Source: Chrysomallon squamiferum
Taxonomy: Eukaryota; Animalia; Mollusca
Length of the DNA: 64,000 bases
Reading direction: 5' to 3'
NCBI GenBank assembly: GCA_012295275.1
Contig: CM022677.1
Coordinates: 23,002,001-23,066,000 of the forward strand
The notes under the pieces are model-generated. The model did not search any database and was not told the DNA's origin. It saw nothing but the letters and a program-made list of their open reading frames with translations. Made by a program: the position numbers and the translations under genes. Below, piece by piece: positions 38,339-52,196 of the stretch. Positions within the stretch are counted from its first letter, which is position 1, and every line of letters starts with the position of its first letter.

Positions 38339-38622
38339 TCTTTGTTAGAAATACTTATAACTGTTTTACTCTTTATATATGTAATGAAATAAAGTAAAAT
38401 AAACAATAATATGAATATTATTGTAATTTTCTTCCTAATTTCTTTGTTAAAACAATATTTAAAATTATTTTATAATTTTGGTAACTGTGTGTATGTGTGT
38501 ATATAAAGAATAAATAAACTGAAATAAAATAAACTGATAGTAATAACAAATTATATTAACATACAAACTGTATACTTTAGAAATATTTGAAAAGTCAGAA
38601 TTGTCGTTGCTATGATCTTCAT
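29174..38622 (-). CDS. Gene D: signal peptide - GON domain - 8 TSR - TM - tail
   Basis: Exons 38565-38622 (MKIIATTILTFQIFLKYTV), microexon 38246-38251, GON 37281-37543/36665-36844/35949-36084. TSRs at 35221-35409, 34910-35104, 33761-33955, 33104-33292, 32640-32834, 31981-32169, 30594-30770, 30175-30351. TM 29905-30004, tail 29174-29462 (..GRLDVSFASVS..ESFDNKV..). Confidence 0.88.
30878..31550. repeat. Minisatellite, ~67-bp unit (tagcacagtgtaatcacagtgctgtatagtgtacagaatagcaatacattgtgtagtatagtgaact), ~10 copies
   Basis: agcacagtg recurs every 67 bp (30880 to 31081 = 3 units), in a gene D intron. Confidence 0.9.
34084..34217 (-). pseudogene. 5'-truncated duplicate of gene D first TSR exon (pseudo-exon)
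   Basis: 34084-34217 is nearly identical to 35221-35354, including the downstream intron, but its 5' part and splice acceptor are replaced by unrelated sequence (~34218-34890). Confidence 0.75.
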
Positions 38623-38740
38623 ATTGTTTAGATCACTGCTGAAACGAAATTTGATTAAACATAATTACAGCTTATTTATAGAAAAATAATATATTTCCAG
38701 TAATGGTAAGATAGAAATTGTTGTGCATATTTATTCGATA

Positions 38741-38790
<50 letters not shown>

Positions 38791-38959
38791 CTGCTACTCA
38801 ATAGTGGATACCCTGGTGTTACGAACTGTTAACATAAACTTCTATTGCAGATATTAAAATAACCTGCGAAAATATTCTGCTGCTAAAATAATAACAACAA
38901 CAATAACAATATTAGAAATCAAATGGTTCAGATGTATTAGTTTCTAGCTGCATTCTTAC

Positions 38960-39032
<73 letters not shown>

Positions 39033-39179
39033 GAGCTATGTTATTTTATATTAGACTAATGAAAACGACAGTTTAAAGGTATGGAATAAATCAACTAACA
39101 CAGTGGCTGAGTTGGCATACAGACAAAAGTTACATAAATATGATTCGTTCTTACGGAAAAGTTATTGATCTGAGTGCAT

Positions 39180-39320
39180 TTTCTGTCATCCCATTGTTAG
39201 TAAATGAAAATGATGTAGCTGTTTATCTATTTATATGACGTCAATAAACAACGTCATTAGAAACCCATGTAAGTGACTCTTAGAGTTTTCCGTGTGGAAA
39301 TTCGCCCAAACTTCCGGTTA
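39180..39320 (-). promoter_or_regulatory. Upstream module of gene D
   Basis: TGACGTCA at 39236-39243 and ACGTCATTAGAAA at 39251-39263, with an ETS-like CTTCCGG nearby. Confidence 0.5.
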
Positions 39321-39746
39321 GAGAAAGATTGGCCATGATAATAATTACTGCAGTCTTTGATAATCCTTCTAAATGCTATAACATCATACCTTCACTGAAT
39401 TTTTATAAATAGCTCAGCTAAAGAAGTTAAATATGAGTAGAATAAAGAACAATATGTTTCCTGAATTAAACGAAACTATTTCTAATTAAATAATTAAGTC
39501 CGGCATTCTATTACAAACACGTATTTTGTTTAAAATTTCAGATTATATAAATCCAAATTAATTAGTTGAACATAATAATATTAAGAAGAAGAAGACGAGG
39601 CTAAAAAAGAACGACAATAAACAAAGAAGTATAATAATATTCATATATTACTGTTACTGTTTATTTTACTTCATTTCATTTTATATATATATATATAAAA
39701 ATGTAAAACAATTATAAGTATTTTTAACAAAGTATTTTAACAAAGA

Positions 39747-39778
<32 letters not shown>

Positions 39779-40292
39779 CTTTTTTTTTTTTTTTTTTTTA
39801 ATTTTAACAACAGTTGTTTAAACGAATTCGAATAACATTTTGGTGCAATTAAATGGAGGAAATCGCAGCAAACGAAAATCATCCATTTAATACTTAGACA
39901 CAAAACAAGTTGAAATTAGTTAAAACAAAATATTGACGTTATTCAGCAGAGTTGTGCTTTTCATTTCCACATATAAAAATAATTATTTCGTTTTTTCTTT
40001 TCTTTTCTTTATAGTTTTTCTACCGTATTTCATTGCTGATGATCACGTAGTTGTTTTTATTTACAATTACAATCATTATTATCATTATGATATACCACTC
40101 TTATAGATAGGGAGATATATATATTATTTTATTCTATTTCATTTTTATTTTTATTTATTTCGATGTATTTATTTATTTTCTTCTTCTTCTTCTTCTTCTT
40201 CTTATTATTATTCTATCACTTTGTTAACTCAGAGATAGGAAGAAGAGTAAAAATTACATTAAAGAGATAAAGAAACAAATTAACGTTCAACA

Positions 40293-40376
<84 letters not shown>

Positions 40377-40454
40377 ACCATTTTTAGTGTATATATATAT
40401 ATATATTTATTCCAGGACCATGTTTGTCTGAATAATTAACAGTGGAGTGCTGGA

Positions 40455-42430
40455 ATGAAGACATTACTATTTCTGGTCACTAATGTAGTCACAGTAGCTG
40501 TCCAATATGGTATATACTTATATAATAATGAATTTGCTTTACATTCAAAATTAACAATATATTAACACAATTTTGATGAACTATTGTTAAAAAAAATTGA
40601 AATGGTATTTATTTTTGCCAATAAAATAATTTTTTATAATTAATATTTCTTGTATTGATAATTCATTCCATTGAAATAATAATAATATCATTAGTTTATT
40701 ATTAATGTATTTCTTTATCTTATTGTAATCATAATTATGCCCTTTATAATGTGTGTGTGTGTGTGTGTGTGTGTGACCTATTCTAGTGTATGAATTTTTA
40801 TTTAGCTTTAGATAATGGACAGTGGTCAGTTTGGCTGATTGATAAAACTGATATATGCAGTAAGGACTGTAGTAGAAACATAACATTAATAAGGATGTGT
40901 AATGAAAAATCTGCAACTGGTGAAAGAAAATGTGAAGGTCGAAGCCGCAAAGTAATCACAGAATCATGTACTGGAGGCGACTGCGGTATGATCAGTAATG
41001 ATGATGATGATGATATTCAGATGATGATGATGATAATATGCAGATAAAGATTATGACAATAATAATGATTATCATCATGATAATAGTAATGATGACAACA
41101 CAGAAAAATAATACTGATGATAAGGAATTAATACTAATTGTAATGAATGTAATATTTTATTTTGTTACATTTTGTAATTAAATAAAAGGCTTATGTTATA
41201 AAGGTCACATAACAGTAAAAAAAATAAAAATAAAAATAGAAAAAAGATTGTATAAAAATAAACATGTACATAAACATGTAGGGGAACTCTAATAAGAATT
41301 GAAATTACCAAAATTGTATGATGAATTAGTTGTAAGGAATTGGTTTGATAATAATAATAATGAATTGATTGGCCAAACATTATACATATATATTGTCTGC
41401 AGTGGATAAGACTACTGTAAGATTAAAACATTTTTTCATTCAATCAATGAGTCATGCAATAAGTAACACAGTGGCTTTTTAATGGTTCATTTATGAAAAT
41501 TAAGACTCAAAAATAAATATATAAAAAAATCAAAAAATTCTTTTTTCTTAATCTTTTTAAAAAAAGGTCTAATCATGATTAAATCTTAAGTTGTAAAATT
41601 TTCATTTTGTACAAGGACTTTATAATCAGTGTAAATAATCTGATCTCTGTCTGTGTACATATAAAAAAATTAATATTTATTTCTCCTTTTTTATTTTTTA
41701 TTTGTATTCTTTAAATTACAGTTTCTCCATCTGCAGATCTAGAAACTTTGACCGTTGGAGTAGTTGCTGCTTTTGTTCTATTTTCTGGTATTGCCTTGCT
41801 TTATATGTGGCGCAGGTATTAAACTGTTATCATCATTATTATTATTTTTTTTTTTTTATTATTATCTTTACTGTTCTTGTTCTTACTATTTTTATTACTA
41901 CTGCTAGAAACTTATTATTATTATTAGTTGTTATTCACTGCCATCATTCTTTTAATGATTTGTATATATATATAGTACTGGAATCTACTGAAAACTGTGA
42001 TGACTGGCAGAGAACATTTTACATTTCACTGAACCCATTAGCAGCATGGAGCATTTTAAGCACATGAAATAAACAGGAATATGTCTGGCAAATATATATC
42101 AAATTAATCAAATAATTTATATTAAGTAATGATATGATTTAGCTGATTGGTTCTCACTTCAAATATGGAGAACACCTCCATCATTGAAAAGATACTAACA
42201 GTAGTAGTACTGGTAAAAAAAAAGAATATAATATATAAATGTGTGTCAGTAGTGCACCAAAAAAAAAACTACATAAATTAGTAAAATATACCTCATGAAA
42301 CTGTGTTAATGATTAACAGTTTAAAATAAACAGAATAATAATAATAATAAAATCATTTTAATAATTTTTAGCTCTGGATGTTAATGTGCTTCCACTTTCA
42401 CACGAAGACTGCAAAAATGTAATAATGACA

Positions 42431-42487
<57 letters not shown>

Positions 42488-43552
42488 GGAGTAGCAACAG
42501 TAGCTGTGATAGTACTTGTTTCAATACTAGTAACAATTTTTGTAATAATACTAACAGCAGTAGAATTAGCAATGGTAGTAATTATTGGTGTAATAATACA
42601 CAGTCAGGTACTATAACGAATCTAACTGGTTCCAGAGCCTCATTAGGTTATGAGGTTTGTCTGTTACAGGGTTCATTGAAATACATGTCAGAAGGGGTAA
42701 GTCATTCCTGACCCACAAATACACCTCTAAAAAATGACAAACATAGAATAATAAGTAAAATAAGTTTGTGAAAGTTCATTTAAACTCCTGAAATGAAGAA
42801 TGTCTGTAGCACGTCTTTTAAAGAATGAATCCAGGGTTGACTGCTTCAGCCTGGACTTTCCAAATTTGGGCCATCACTGTGTCACTGAAAATATTAAGGC
42901 CCGTTTCTACAGCACCAACATCAGGGTGACAGTACTTAACAATTTTGAAAAGTTTACTCCAGCACCAGAAAACATCTTTCAGTTCCTGAGCTGAATAACA
43001 TGGCTTTGTTCCTTGTTGTCATCCTCTCCTAACTCCTCAGAAATATTCTTCTATGGTTCATTATGGGGTTCTGAGATTCATAGCTAAAAACTGTTCATTA
43101 TAGGGATATTCACAGTATAATCCATTCGTTATTGGATACCCGACTGTATGTTTAATAATAGTAACAATAACAATAACAGTAATAGTACTAGTATTGCTGA
43201 ACTAATAACAATAATAATAATAGCAGCAGGAGTAGCAGTAGATTAACAATAAAAATATTTATTATTATTGATATTATCATCATCATCATCATAATTAAAT
43301 AGGAAGAAGCAACATAAGGATCCAGTGACTGTGAACAAAATTGACTATGGTGCATATATAGATAAAGGACTTCAAGTGGGCCAGCGTCCTGAGTTGGTGA
43401 GTGTAGAAAGCTTGTCAGCAACAGCAGTCAAAGAACAAATATTCCAGTCTTTTGACAACGTTGCTGTAGGTGATGAAGTCCCAGTAACCGAACATTTCCA
43501 ACGAGATAAAGACAAATCTCAGCCAACGTTAGAAATACCAAAGAAGAAATAG
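40455..43552 (+). CDS. Gene E: signal peptide - 1 TSR - TM - tail
   Basis: Exons 40455-40509 (MKTLLFLVTNVVTVAVQY), 40806 (or 40812)-40985 (DNGQWSVW..CSKDCSRNITLIRMC), TM 41722-41815 (TLTVGVVAAFVLFSGIALLYMW), tail 43303-43552 (..KIDYGAYI..QSFDNVAV..). Confidence 0.8.
42601..43146 (-). mobile_element. Non-autonomous Tigger/pogo (Tc1-mariner superfamily) DNA transposon remnant in the last intron of gene E
   Basis: Imperfect TIRs CAGTCAGGTAC-TATAACGAAT / CAGTCGGGTATCCAATAACGAAT, with TA at the right flank. The minus-strand relic peptide YCHPDVGAVETGLNIFSDTVM..RLKQSTLDSFFK resembles the PIP-box C-terminus of Tigger transposases. Confidence 0.7.
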
Positions 43553-43669
43553 ACAGACAAGAAACTAAGAGAGAGAGAACAAAAACACACGTTTCAATGA
43601 TTTTTGTTTTGGTCTGCTTTATTCTGTGCATCTGTATGTGTGTGTGTGTGTGTGTGTGGCTATATGTGT

Positions 43670-43731
<62 letters not shown>

Positions 43732-44410
43732 ATGTATGTATACATGTAGAGAAAAGGAAATAGAAAAGAATGTTTAAACAGAGAAAAAAATAAATAAAAA
43801 GCATTAATGAAATTGATGTTGAGACAGATCAAGGGAAAGGAAAGGAGACTGAAAAACAAAAAGAAAGAAAGTAGTTATTCATGCAGAAGCTTTTGTTAGA
43901 ATTATCAATTTACATGTAAATGACAAACTAATGACTGTCAACCAAAACAAATAAATAACACTTGATTTGTTTTTCTGCTGTTGTGTTATATAATAATAAT
44001 ATTATTATTATTCTGGTCAGAATTTGTAAACGAAGCAGAAAAGTTTAAACAGCCGTTTTCCTTCAGCTGGTATATATTCCTGTTAAACACACACAGACGC
44101 ACACATACATACACATTGACATATATATCTATTTATATATATATATATATATAAAATCATAAAGTAGTAATTTTAAAATATTAAATACTGTTACCTTTAT
44201 TTCACATCCCAAATTTTTCACCCATCTGCAACATGTTTTTCTCAACCTCTGTATGTCTTATAGTAAGTAAATTAATTAGAAAAAGTTACTAAATACTTTT
44301 GGAATTTGCCCTGTTTTATATAGTCGGGGAAACAATTGATATGACAAAACACACACACACTATTTTGTATTACGAAATTATCAGCTTTAAGTGACAAACG
44401 GAGACACATC

Positions 44411-44470
44411 CAATAATGACGTAAATTAACAGGAAGTTATGTCAATGACGTGATGGAGATGAAAGTAAGT
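44411..44470 (+). promoter_or_regulatory. Upstream module of gene F
   Basis: TAATGACGTAA, CAGGAAGT (ETS-like) and TGACGTGA, followed by a gtaagt donor at ~44465. Confidence 0.4.
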
Positions 44471-44755
44471 GCGTTAGACGCATGCATTGTATTTTTATTA
44501 ATCAGTTTACAATTATATTTATTAATTTTTAAAACTGGCAACACGAATGAATTAAAATGTCATGCACACACACATACACAAACGCAAAAAAATATTGGTA
44601 AAGTCTGAGCACTCATGTTGAGACCAAAAATAGTTTTTCTGGTGGAAAAGAATTAAAAATACTATGGGTCTCTATGAATATGTGTTTGTGTCGTTGGTAT
44701 TAAAATCTCGGGTAAAAAGTCACAAAATTTATGGTGGCCAAATAGACAGATATCC

Positions 44756-44813
<58 letters not shown>

Positions 44814-45053
44814 TTTACTTCATATTTTACAGTATTTAAGCAAAACATTAATTTACCATCTGTTCTGCATATTTCTTTACTGAAACAGAATGACATATTA
44901 ATCGTAAAATGCGAGAATTCGACAGTTAACCTTTCTGTTAAAGAGAGCTAGTGCTATCCTGTGACTTTTGAGTTTTTAAGTTACTATTTCAGTCCGTACA
45001 CCAACAAATCTGTTGTCCTATGAACACAAAATTAAATGTGTCGTGACATAGAT

Positions 45054-46725
45054 ATGAAGACTTCAAAATTCCTTCTGATTGTGCAAGGATTCTTGCTGAC
45101 TTTAGGTATATACTGTAAATACCATCTAATACCAAAATTAATACATCAAAATTTCATATATTGAAAACGAACCATAATGCTGGTAATTAATAAATGATTT
45201 AAAAATAAAACAATAAAAGCATGCCATTTTAAAATTCCATTTCAGCAAAATTTTAAAAGAATTAAAAAGAAAAAAAAAAAAAAAAAAAAGGTAAAAATTA
45301 TATAAACAGTGACCTAACAGTTAAAACCAAATATAATTCTGATTTTGATATAATAGTAGTTTAAATAATTTTTGGTTTTTATTTTAGATTGTAATGAGAA
45401 AATATATAATTCTCTATGCTATAATCTAATATAAAATCAGTTTTAAACTATAAGAATACAAACTTTAATTATATTTAGTTTATGGAGAATGGTCATCATG
45501 GAGACTTCAAATAGGTGATATTTGTTATCAGTCTTGCACAAAATATTTTCTTAAATCAAGAACATGCAGAATGTCTGTGTTTGATAATCAGCAGTGTGTG
45601 GGAAATGCTTCTTTTATTGAGAGTGCCAGGTGTACTGGAGTCTTCTGCCGGAAAAGTAAGTAAATAAATATCTTTACAGATACAAGTGATTAAAAATATG
45701 TCAAGATAAAAGAATTAGATATGTTTACAAATACGTAATTAAATGTTAGTCCAGAAAAGTAATTAAATGTGTCTCAAAATAAGTAATTAAATATGTTTAA
45801 AGTAATTAAATACGTGTCCATATGAACAGTTAAATAGGGATACAGATAAATAACTAAATAGATGTACTATTTCATCAATGACTCACATCCAGCATTTCAA
45901 ACATTCATGAACAAATATGGTGTAGGTGTAAAATATTTAATTTGGCAATATAAATCTTAGCTTGAAAAGATGGGCATCCTGTTATCAGAGTTTCCTTTTT
46001 ATTCATGATTTTTCTTTTTTCTTCAGGATTAACCTCGGGTTTGTCTTGATGTTCTGATTGTCAGTTATTTTGCATTAATGATTATTACATTATTTTTCTT
46101 TTATGTTATGATTACAAATTATTATTTTATTTATGTTATATTAATGTGGATTGAAGTAATTTTTGTTATGTTACTATCATAATCTCAAATTGTTTTATTC
46201 TTATATTAACATCATTTCATAATTTCTGTTGTATATATTTTTGTGGAATAACCATTTTTTGGCTAACAAAATTACTAGTTATTTAAGTCATGGATTAAAG
46301 TTTTTGTTTTGAAAGACAATCATATGATTTAAGTCTTTTACAATTTATTTGTTTATAATTAAATGTTTCTTACTGATTTCTTTTAGTTATATTAAATTAT
46401 TATGTAATTTTATTTCTTCTTATTATCTTTATTGCCTTGGAAATATTTTTAAGTGGAAACAATTTTATTTTAATAAAAACATAAAGACTAAAGTAAAGTA
46501 ATAAAGTGTGGAAGGCTGGTACCTGATCAGAATCTCTCTCTAAACATTTTATAGTTTTCATTTACTGCATATTTTGTGTATAGCTTAATATATAAACCAG
46601 CTTTTTTGCTGATTTACTAGATAAGTTTAAAATGTTCTCTTTTTAAAATTATTATTATTAACAAAGAATGACGACAAACAGCTCATTATATTTGTTTCCG
46701 TTTTGCTTTATTTATACATTGATTT

Positions 46726-46794
<69 letters not shown>

Positions 46795-49575
46795 GATGGA
46801 TTTTATACAGACACATATACATATAAATACAGATCTAGGTTATCTATATATATATATATATATTTTTCAGTAATGGGTATATGGGGATCATGGAAGTTAT
46901 TACATTTGACATGGTGTGATTCAAAATGTATGCGAGATATGTGGTTGTTCAGATACTGCACACACCCCTACCCAGAAGGAATTCTCTACTGTCTTGGATA
47001 CAATGTTAAACAGGAAACACAGAAATGTTCTGACGAACTGTGCCAAATGCACCAAAACCCGTGTACTGGTGAAAACTGCACCAGCGGTAAACTAAATTAT
47101 TAGGCAGTTAATAATACTAATAATACTAGTAGTAGCAATAATAATAATAATATTAATAATAATAATAATAATAATAGTAGTAGTAGTAGTAGTAGTAGTA
47201 GTAATAATAAAAATAATAATAATTGTAATAATTGTAATAATAATACACAGTGACATACACAAAAACAGATACAAACATATACACACACAACACATCACTC
47301 CAACTTTTCATACATACACCTACACAGATAAAGAATTAAAACAAATAAATTGTCATTAGTTAGTTTTAAAACACACTGTAAAAGAAAGAAACCTACTGAA
47401 TAATGACTTTTAATGCAATGAATGTCTACAGTTGTTGCAGTTGATAGTTTTTGGTCAAGCTGGACTATGATCATTCGAGGTGTGTGTTCAAGAAATTGCA
47501 CTGTAACCTCTGTGTTCAGAAGATATTGCACGATGCCTGCTGTCACAGAAAATCGGGAATGTGTTGGGGACACAATTAGGCTATATGTAACTCCCTGTTC
47601 AAATCAGCAGTGTTCTTCATGTAAATATCTACAGTAGTTCATGTATAATGTTTATTATCCATATAAATATGTATAGAAATAGTGTCTTATACTGGCCAAA
47701 ACCTATAACTTCTTTTGAGTTTTAACGTTACTGTTCAAAATAGTTCTGTAATTTTTATTATCATTATAGATATGTATAGTAACATAGTGAAATACTGACT
47801 AAAAGCTGCAACTTGTGTTGAGTTTAATATTACTGTTAAGAACAGTTCTATAAACCTTATTGAAGGTAGTTATATAAGTTTTTCAAATGTCCCTGTTAAA
47901 AGTAGCAATATTGCTTTTTAATCCTTACTAAAGGTTATTATATAGTTTTTAATGCCCCTATTAAAAGTTCTGTTGTTTTTAACATCATTTTGGATAATGT
48001 ATCTATAGGTTTTTAATGTCTTTGTTAAAAGAAGTTGTATAATTTTTAACTGCTGTGTTAAAAGTATTTCTGTTTTAGTGTCCTTATTGAAGGTAGTTAT
48101 ATAGATCTTAATGTCCCTGTTAAAAGTAGTTCAATTTTTTTTAAAATCTTTACCAAATGTAGTTAAATAGTTTTTGATGTCTCTGTTCAGATTAGCAATA
48201 TAGTTTTTAATATCTTTATTAAAATTAGTGCTAATGTTTTAACATCCTTATTGAAGATATAACATACTGTCTAATGTACTGTTCAAACCTATTCGGAATT
48301 TTTACTTCCTACTTAAAGGAGTTCCATAGTTTTTATTTCCTATTATGGAGTTCTGTATTTATAATTCAGTATCCAATGTATTTCTCTTGTCATTTTGTAT
48401 TGCTGTAACTTCTCTACAAAGTAGAAAATATTCCTTTACGAGTGTGCCTGTGTAACAATCAGATAATTTGGTTAGCTGAAAATATCTTTTTTTAACTTTC
48501 AGATGACAGTTATCGTGATATTAAACACTTCAGTGAAGATGGTAAGTTATTTTTTTCAAACTTTTAATATGTTAAAATATAAATAATTTCGTCTCTACCA
48601 AGGAGTTCAGATAAATTGTTAAAAATAGACAAAAATGTTCAACACATATAAATACCATATCAAAGAAAAAGATATAATAATTTCAGTTTCATCAAACTTT
48701 TAATGCTTTAAATGTTAAAATAATCCAACACTAATTTATATTTGTTAGGAGTTCATATAAAATTTTGTTAAAATTTGACAAAACACACACACACACACAC
48801 CCACACACACACAAATACACACATGTGCACAGAAAGAAAACCCATTATCTATATGTAAAGAAATCTGTGAAGTTAATAATTTCCCACATTTAAAGAACTT
48901 TATAATAATTTCAGAAGTAACTCTGGCTCAAGCAATGTCAATACTTGGTGTTGTTGGAGTGTTTCTTCCTATAATTATTGCACTTGCATTCAGGTAACTA
49001 AATCGCAGAGATATTACACATCTTATTTAACAATAAATTGTTTTAATAAATTGTCTTTATTACAAGGGCTTGAATATATTTAATAAAAAATAAATACAAA
49101 TAAAAGTTTATTTTAATTTTTATTGTAAGTTCAGAGAATGTTTAACAGGTCATTCACTGCATCTGCTTGAAATTCACACTTAGGCTAGTGTAATGTCAAA
49201 ACTGGCTGAGACAACAACAATGTAATAATTTAATAGTTGACTATTATTACTACCTTTGTAATGAAAACATTTAATAAGTACTTCTTTTTATTATCATTTA
49301 TAAATTGTAGATTGTTTCAGACATTCTGTCGTCTGTCTATCTATCAATCCATTTATTTATCTATAAATAAATTAATAAATTTTATATAATTTTTGTGGGT
49401 GTGTTTATTCCCTTTTGCTAGCCAAAAAACCCATAACTATAATTAGAAATATTGACTTTATTGCAGGTTTAACAAAAGAGATATTGAAAAAGAAGAAACA
49501 TCAGTTATTGAAATACCTAAAATGTCTTCTGATGAAGATAATGCTAGCCATGATAATCCTACTTTTGAAATGTGA
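45054..49575 (+). CDS. Gene F: signal peptide - 3 divergent TSR - short linker - TM - tail ending HDNPTFEM
   Basis: Exons 45054-45105 (MKTSKFLLIVQGFLLTL), 45479-45655 (VYGEWSSW..CYQSC..RTC; absent from the ORF track), 46871-47086, 47441-47620, 39-nt exon 48503-48541, TM 48915-48993, tail 49467-49575. Confidence 0.8.
47700..48355. repeat. Degenerate ~33-35-bp tandem repeat (atagtttttaatgtccctgttaaaagtag-like)
   Basis: Recurring ttttaa..tccctgttaaaagtag / ccttattgaaggtag motifs in a gene F intron. Confidence 0.7.
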
Positions 49576-52196
49576 GAAAGTGTTTCTAGTAACACTGTGT
49601 ACATTTCCTCAGTGTATGTATTATGTAATTTGTGTGTGTGTGTGTGTGTGTTTTGCAATTACTATAAATAGTAGTAGCTTTTTTTACAATTAGTTAAATT
49701 TATATATTTTCCATCACCGACACAAATACAGCTTTTTTGGACGGAACCGTTTTTACTTCAATAAATTTTACTTTTATATTCAGAATTACTTCTTTGGTGT
49801 TTAATTATTGATTTAGATCTGCAAAGACCTTTTTGAAAACAGTTTTAATTTTAAAAGTAACAAATAATTATTAAGAACTATTGTTTTATTACCTTTGTAG
49901 GTGACAAAAAAACTGCAATATGCATTAATCTATTTCTGTCAATAGTTGTAAGTTGAAAAATAAAACAGTTAATTTTATTTAGCTAGTTTTTGTATTAATT
50001 ATGACTGAAAACAGTACTGTATCTTCCTCCATATAAATATACACATCACTTGGGTTCACATTATTGTGGGAAATTTTAAGTATCTGTATAAGCTGGTCAG
50101 TGATTTTTTTACGAAGTGTTTGTTAATATATTTGTACTGATGTTCTAAATATTAACATTTTATTTATGTTTTTGTTGGGATTAATAGATAACATAATTCT
50201 ACTATAATTATAAATTATAGTGAAAAGAAATAATAATTTTAAAAAAGATATTTAATAAATTATTTTTACACATTCCAAACCTTTTATTTATTTATTGTCT
50301 TTATGTGTGGTGTGTGTGACAGAGACATAGTCAGAGAGTCCTTATTTGTGTCAATCACCTGGGTTGTTTGAAACATTAACATTAAAATATTTATTCTGAC
50401 TATGTTTATCATTCAAATGAGGGTAATGACATATTATCAGAAATAGCAATTCTGTCACGGAATAAAATCACTCCAGTGTCCAAACATCTGTCACCTATTT
50501 TTTTCCATAACATGAATTAATGTCAGCTTTGTAATCATTTTATTACTATATTATGGAACTTAGGAAAATAATTGTTTACACATTGGTTTATGATGTTTAG
50601 TTTTTTTAACTGATACTTTGAGGTATGTAGTCCTGTTGTTCCCAGCACTAAATAGTTTCAGTTTAAAATCCTGGTATTTTTTCAATCAAACACTGATCAT
50701 AAGGATCTGAAGGATTATTTGTGTCTCAGGTTTTTTGATAAAAAAAAAAAAACTGCTTAATTATATAAGCATGAGTACTTACACAGAGCTAAATATTTAA
50801 ATATTTTATAATAAATAATATTTCTAATTTAATGAAATAAAATTGTTTTCTCATAGATAATGATCTAGCCTTGATGTTTTAAATAATGTTTATAAATACA
50901 TTTATAAATATATTTTTTATTTTATTTATTATATTTATAAATAAAAGAAACATAAATATTTTCAACTTCAATAATAATATCCAAAAACCTGCATTTTATT
51001 AGTGTATGTATTTATCAGAAACAACATAAGTTCAAATTTAACTAAGTATAATTTATAATGATTTTATTTACATATCTGGTTGTCATAATTTAAGCATGTA
51101 ATATATATTACATTATAAAATAATAATAAAATTTTTTTTTTTTTTTTTAAAACAAATCTTTATAATGAAGATGAAATATTTTAATAACATTAATTATAAT
51201 AAAAAAACTAAATCCATTATAGTACAAAATAAGTTCAATAAGAATTATTTTAGGAATTAATATTTACATATCAATCTAGTATGTAATTCAATACAGCTGA
51301 AATATGCAGTAGAAAGGAAAATACATTACAGATATAAAATCAATAAGTAGCAAATATATATATATATATATATACACTGATAATTATAATGGTGAATTAT
51401 TAAGTGGCTTCATATGGATTGGAAATAGTCACACCCAAACATTTCATGTAATGGATAAATGAGATCATGTACACTGAATCAAGGATTAAATTATGAAACA
51501 TACTTTCAAGCATATTGCTATGCAGCAAAGAACATTCAGACATTGGAGCCCTAGTGTCAGGTACACTATGTTAGTTACTCGTCTTCAGCCTAGTCACCTC
51601 AAGGACTGACAAGACACAAGCAATATCACTCATTCATGTTTTTTATTTTTAGAATTTTGACTATAATATTATATGGTTTTTATATCTATAACATGTTCAT
51701 CTGTAATATATAAACACATTTTTAGCTTCAGTGTTCTCAAGTGTTTCCATAGTTAATAAATGAACAATGTTTAACTAGACATATTTTTGAAATATATATG
51801 GAGATGTGGTTAGCATGAAAATATTGTAAATTCTTAAACATCAGTTTATTCAGTCTTTCAGAGTTTTAATAATAATGGTTGACAAATGTTTTTTTATACT
51901 ATTTTCTGAATGTTAATTATTCAAAGCATAAATTATCAGTTTTTTTTCATCTGTTGTCAAAGGATTCAGGATCAGTTAATGATTATGTCTTTTTCTCAAA
52001 AATCTGGTAAAAATAATCAATGTCATATTTTTTCCAGTAATGCTTAAAATGTCTTAGAATGGAACTGGCATTTTTTAAATAATTCAGAATATCTCTTTCA
52101 GTGAAATTTCTTATTTCCTTTTTTACTGTTATTGTTTTTCTCTATAATGTGTGTGACTGGGAGAGAGGACAAATTTCACACTGTTCACATTTGTTA

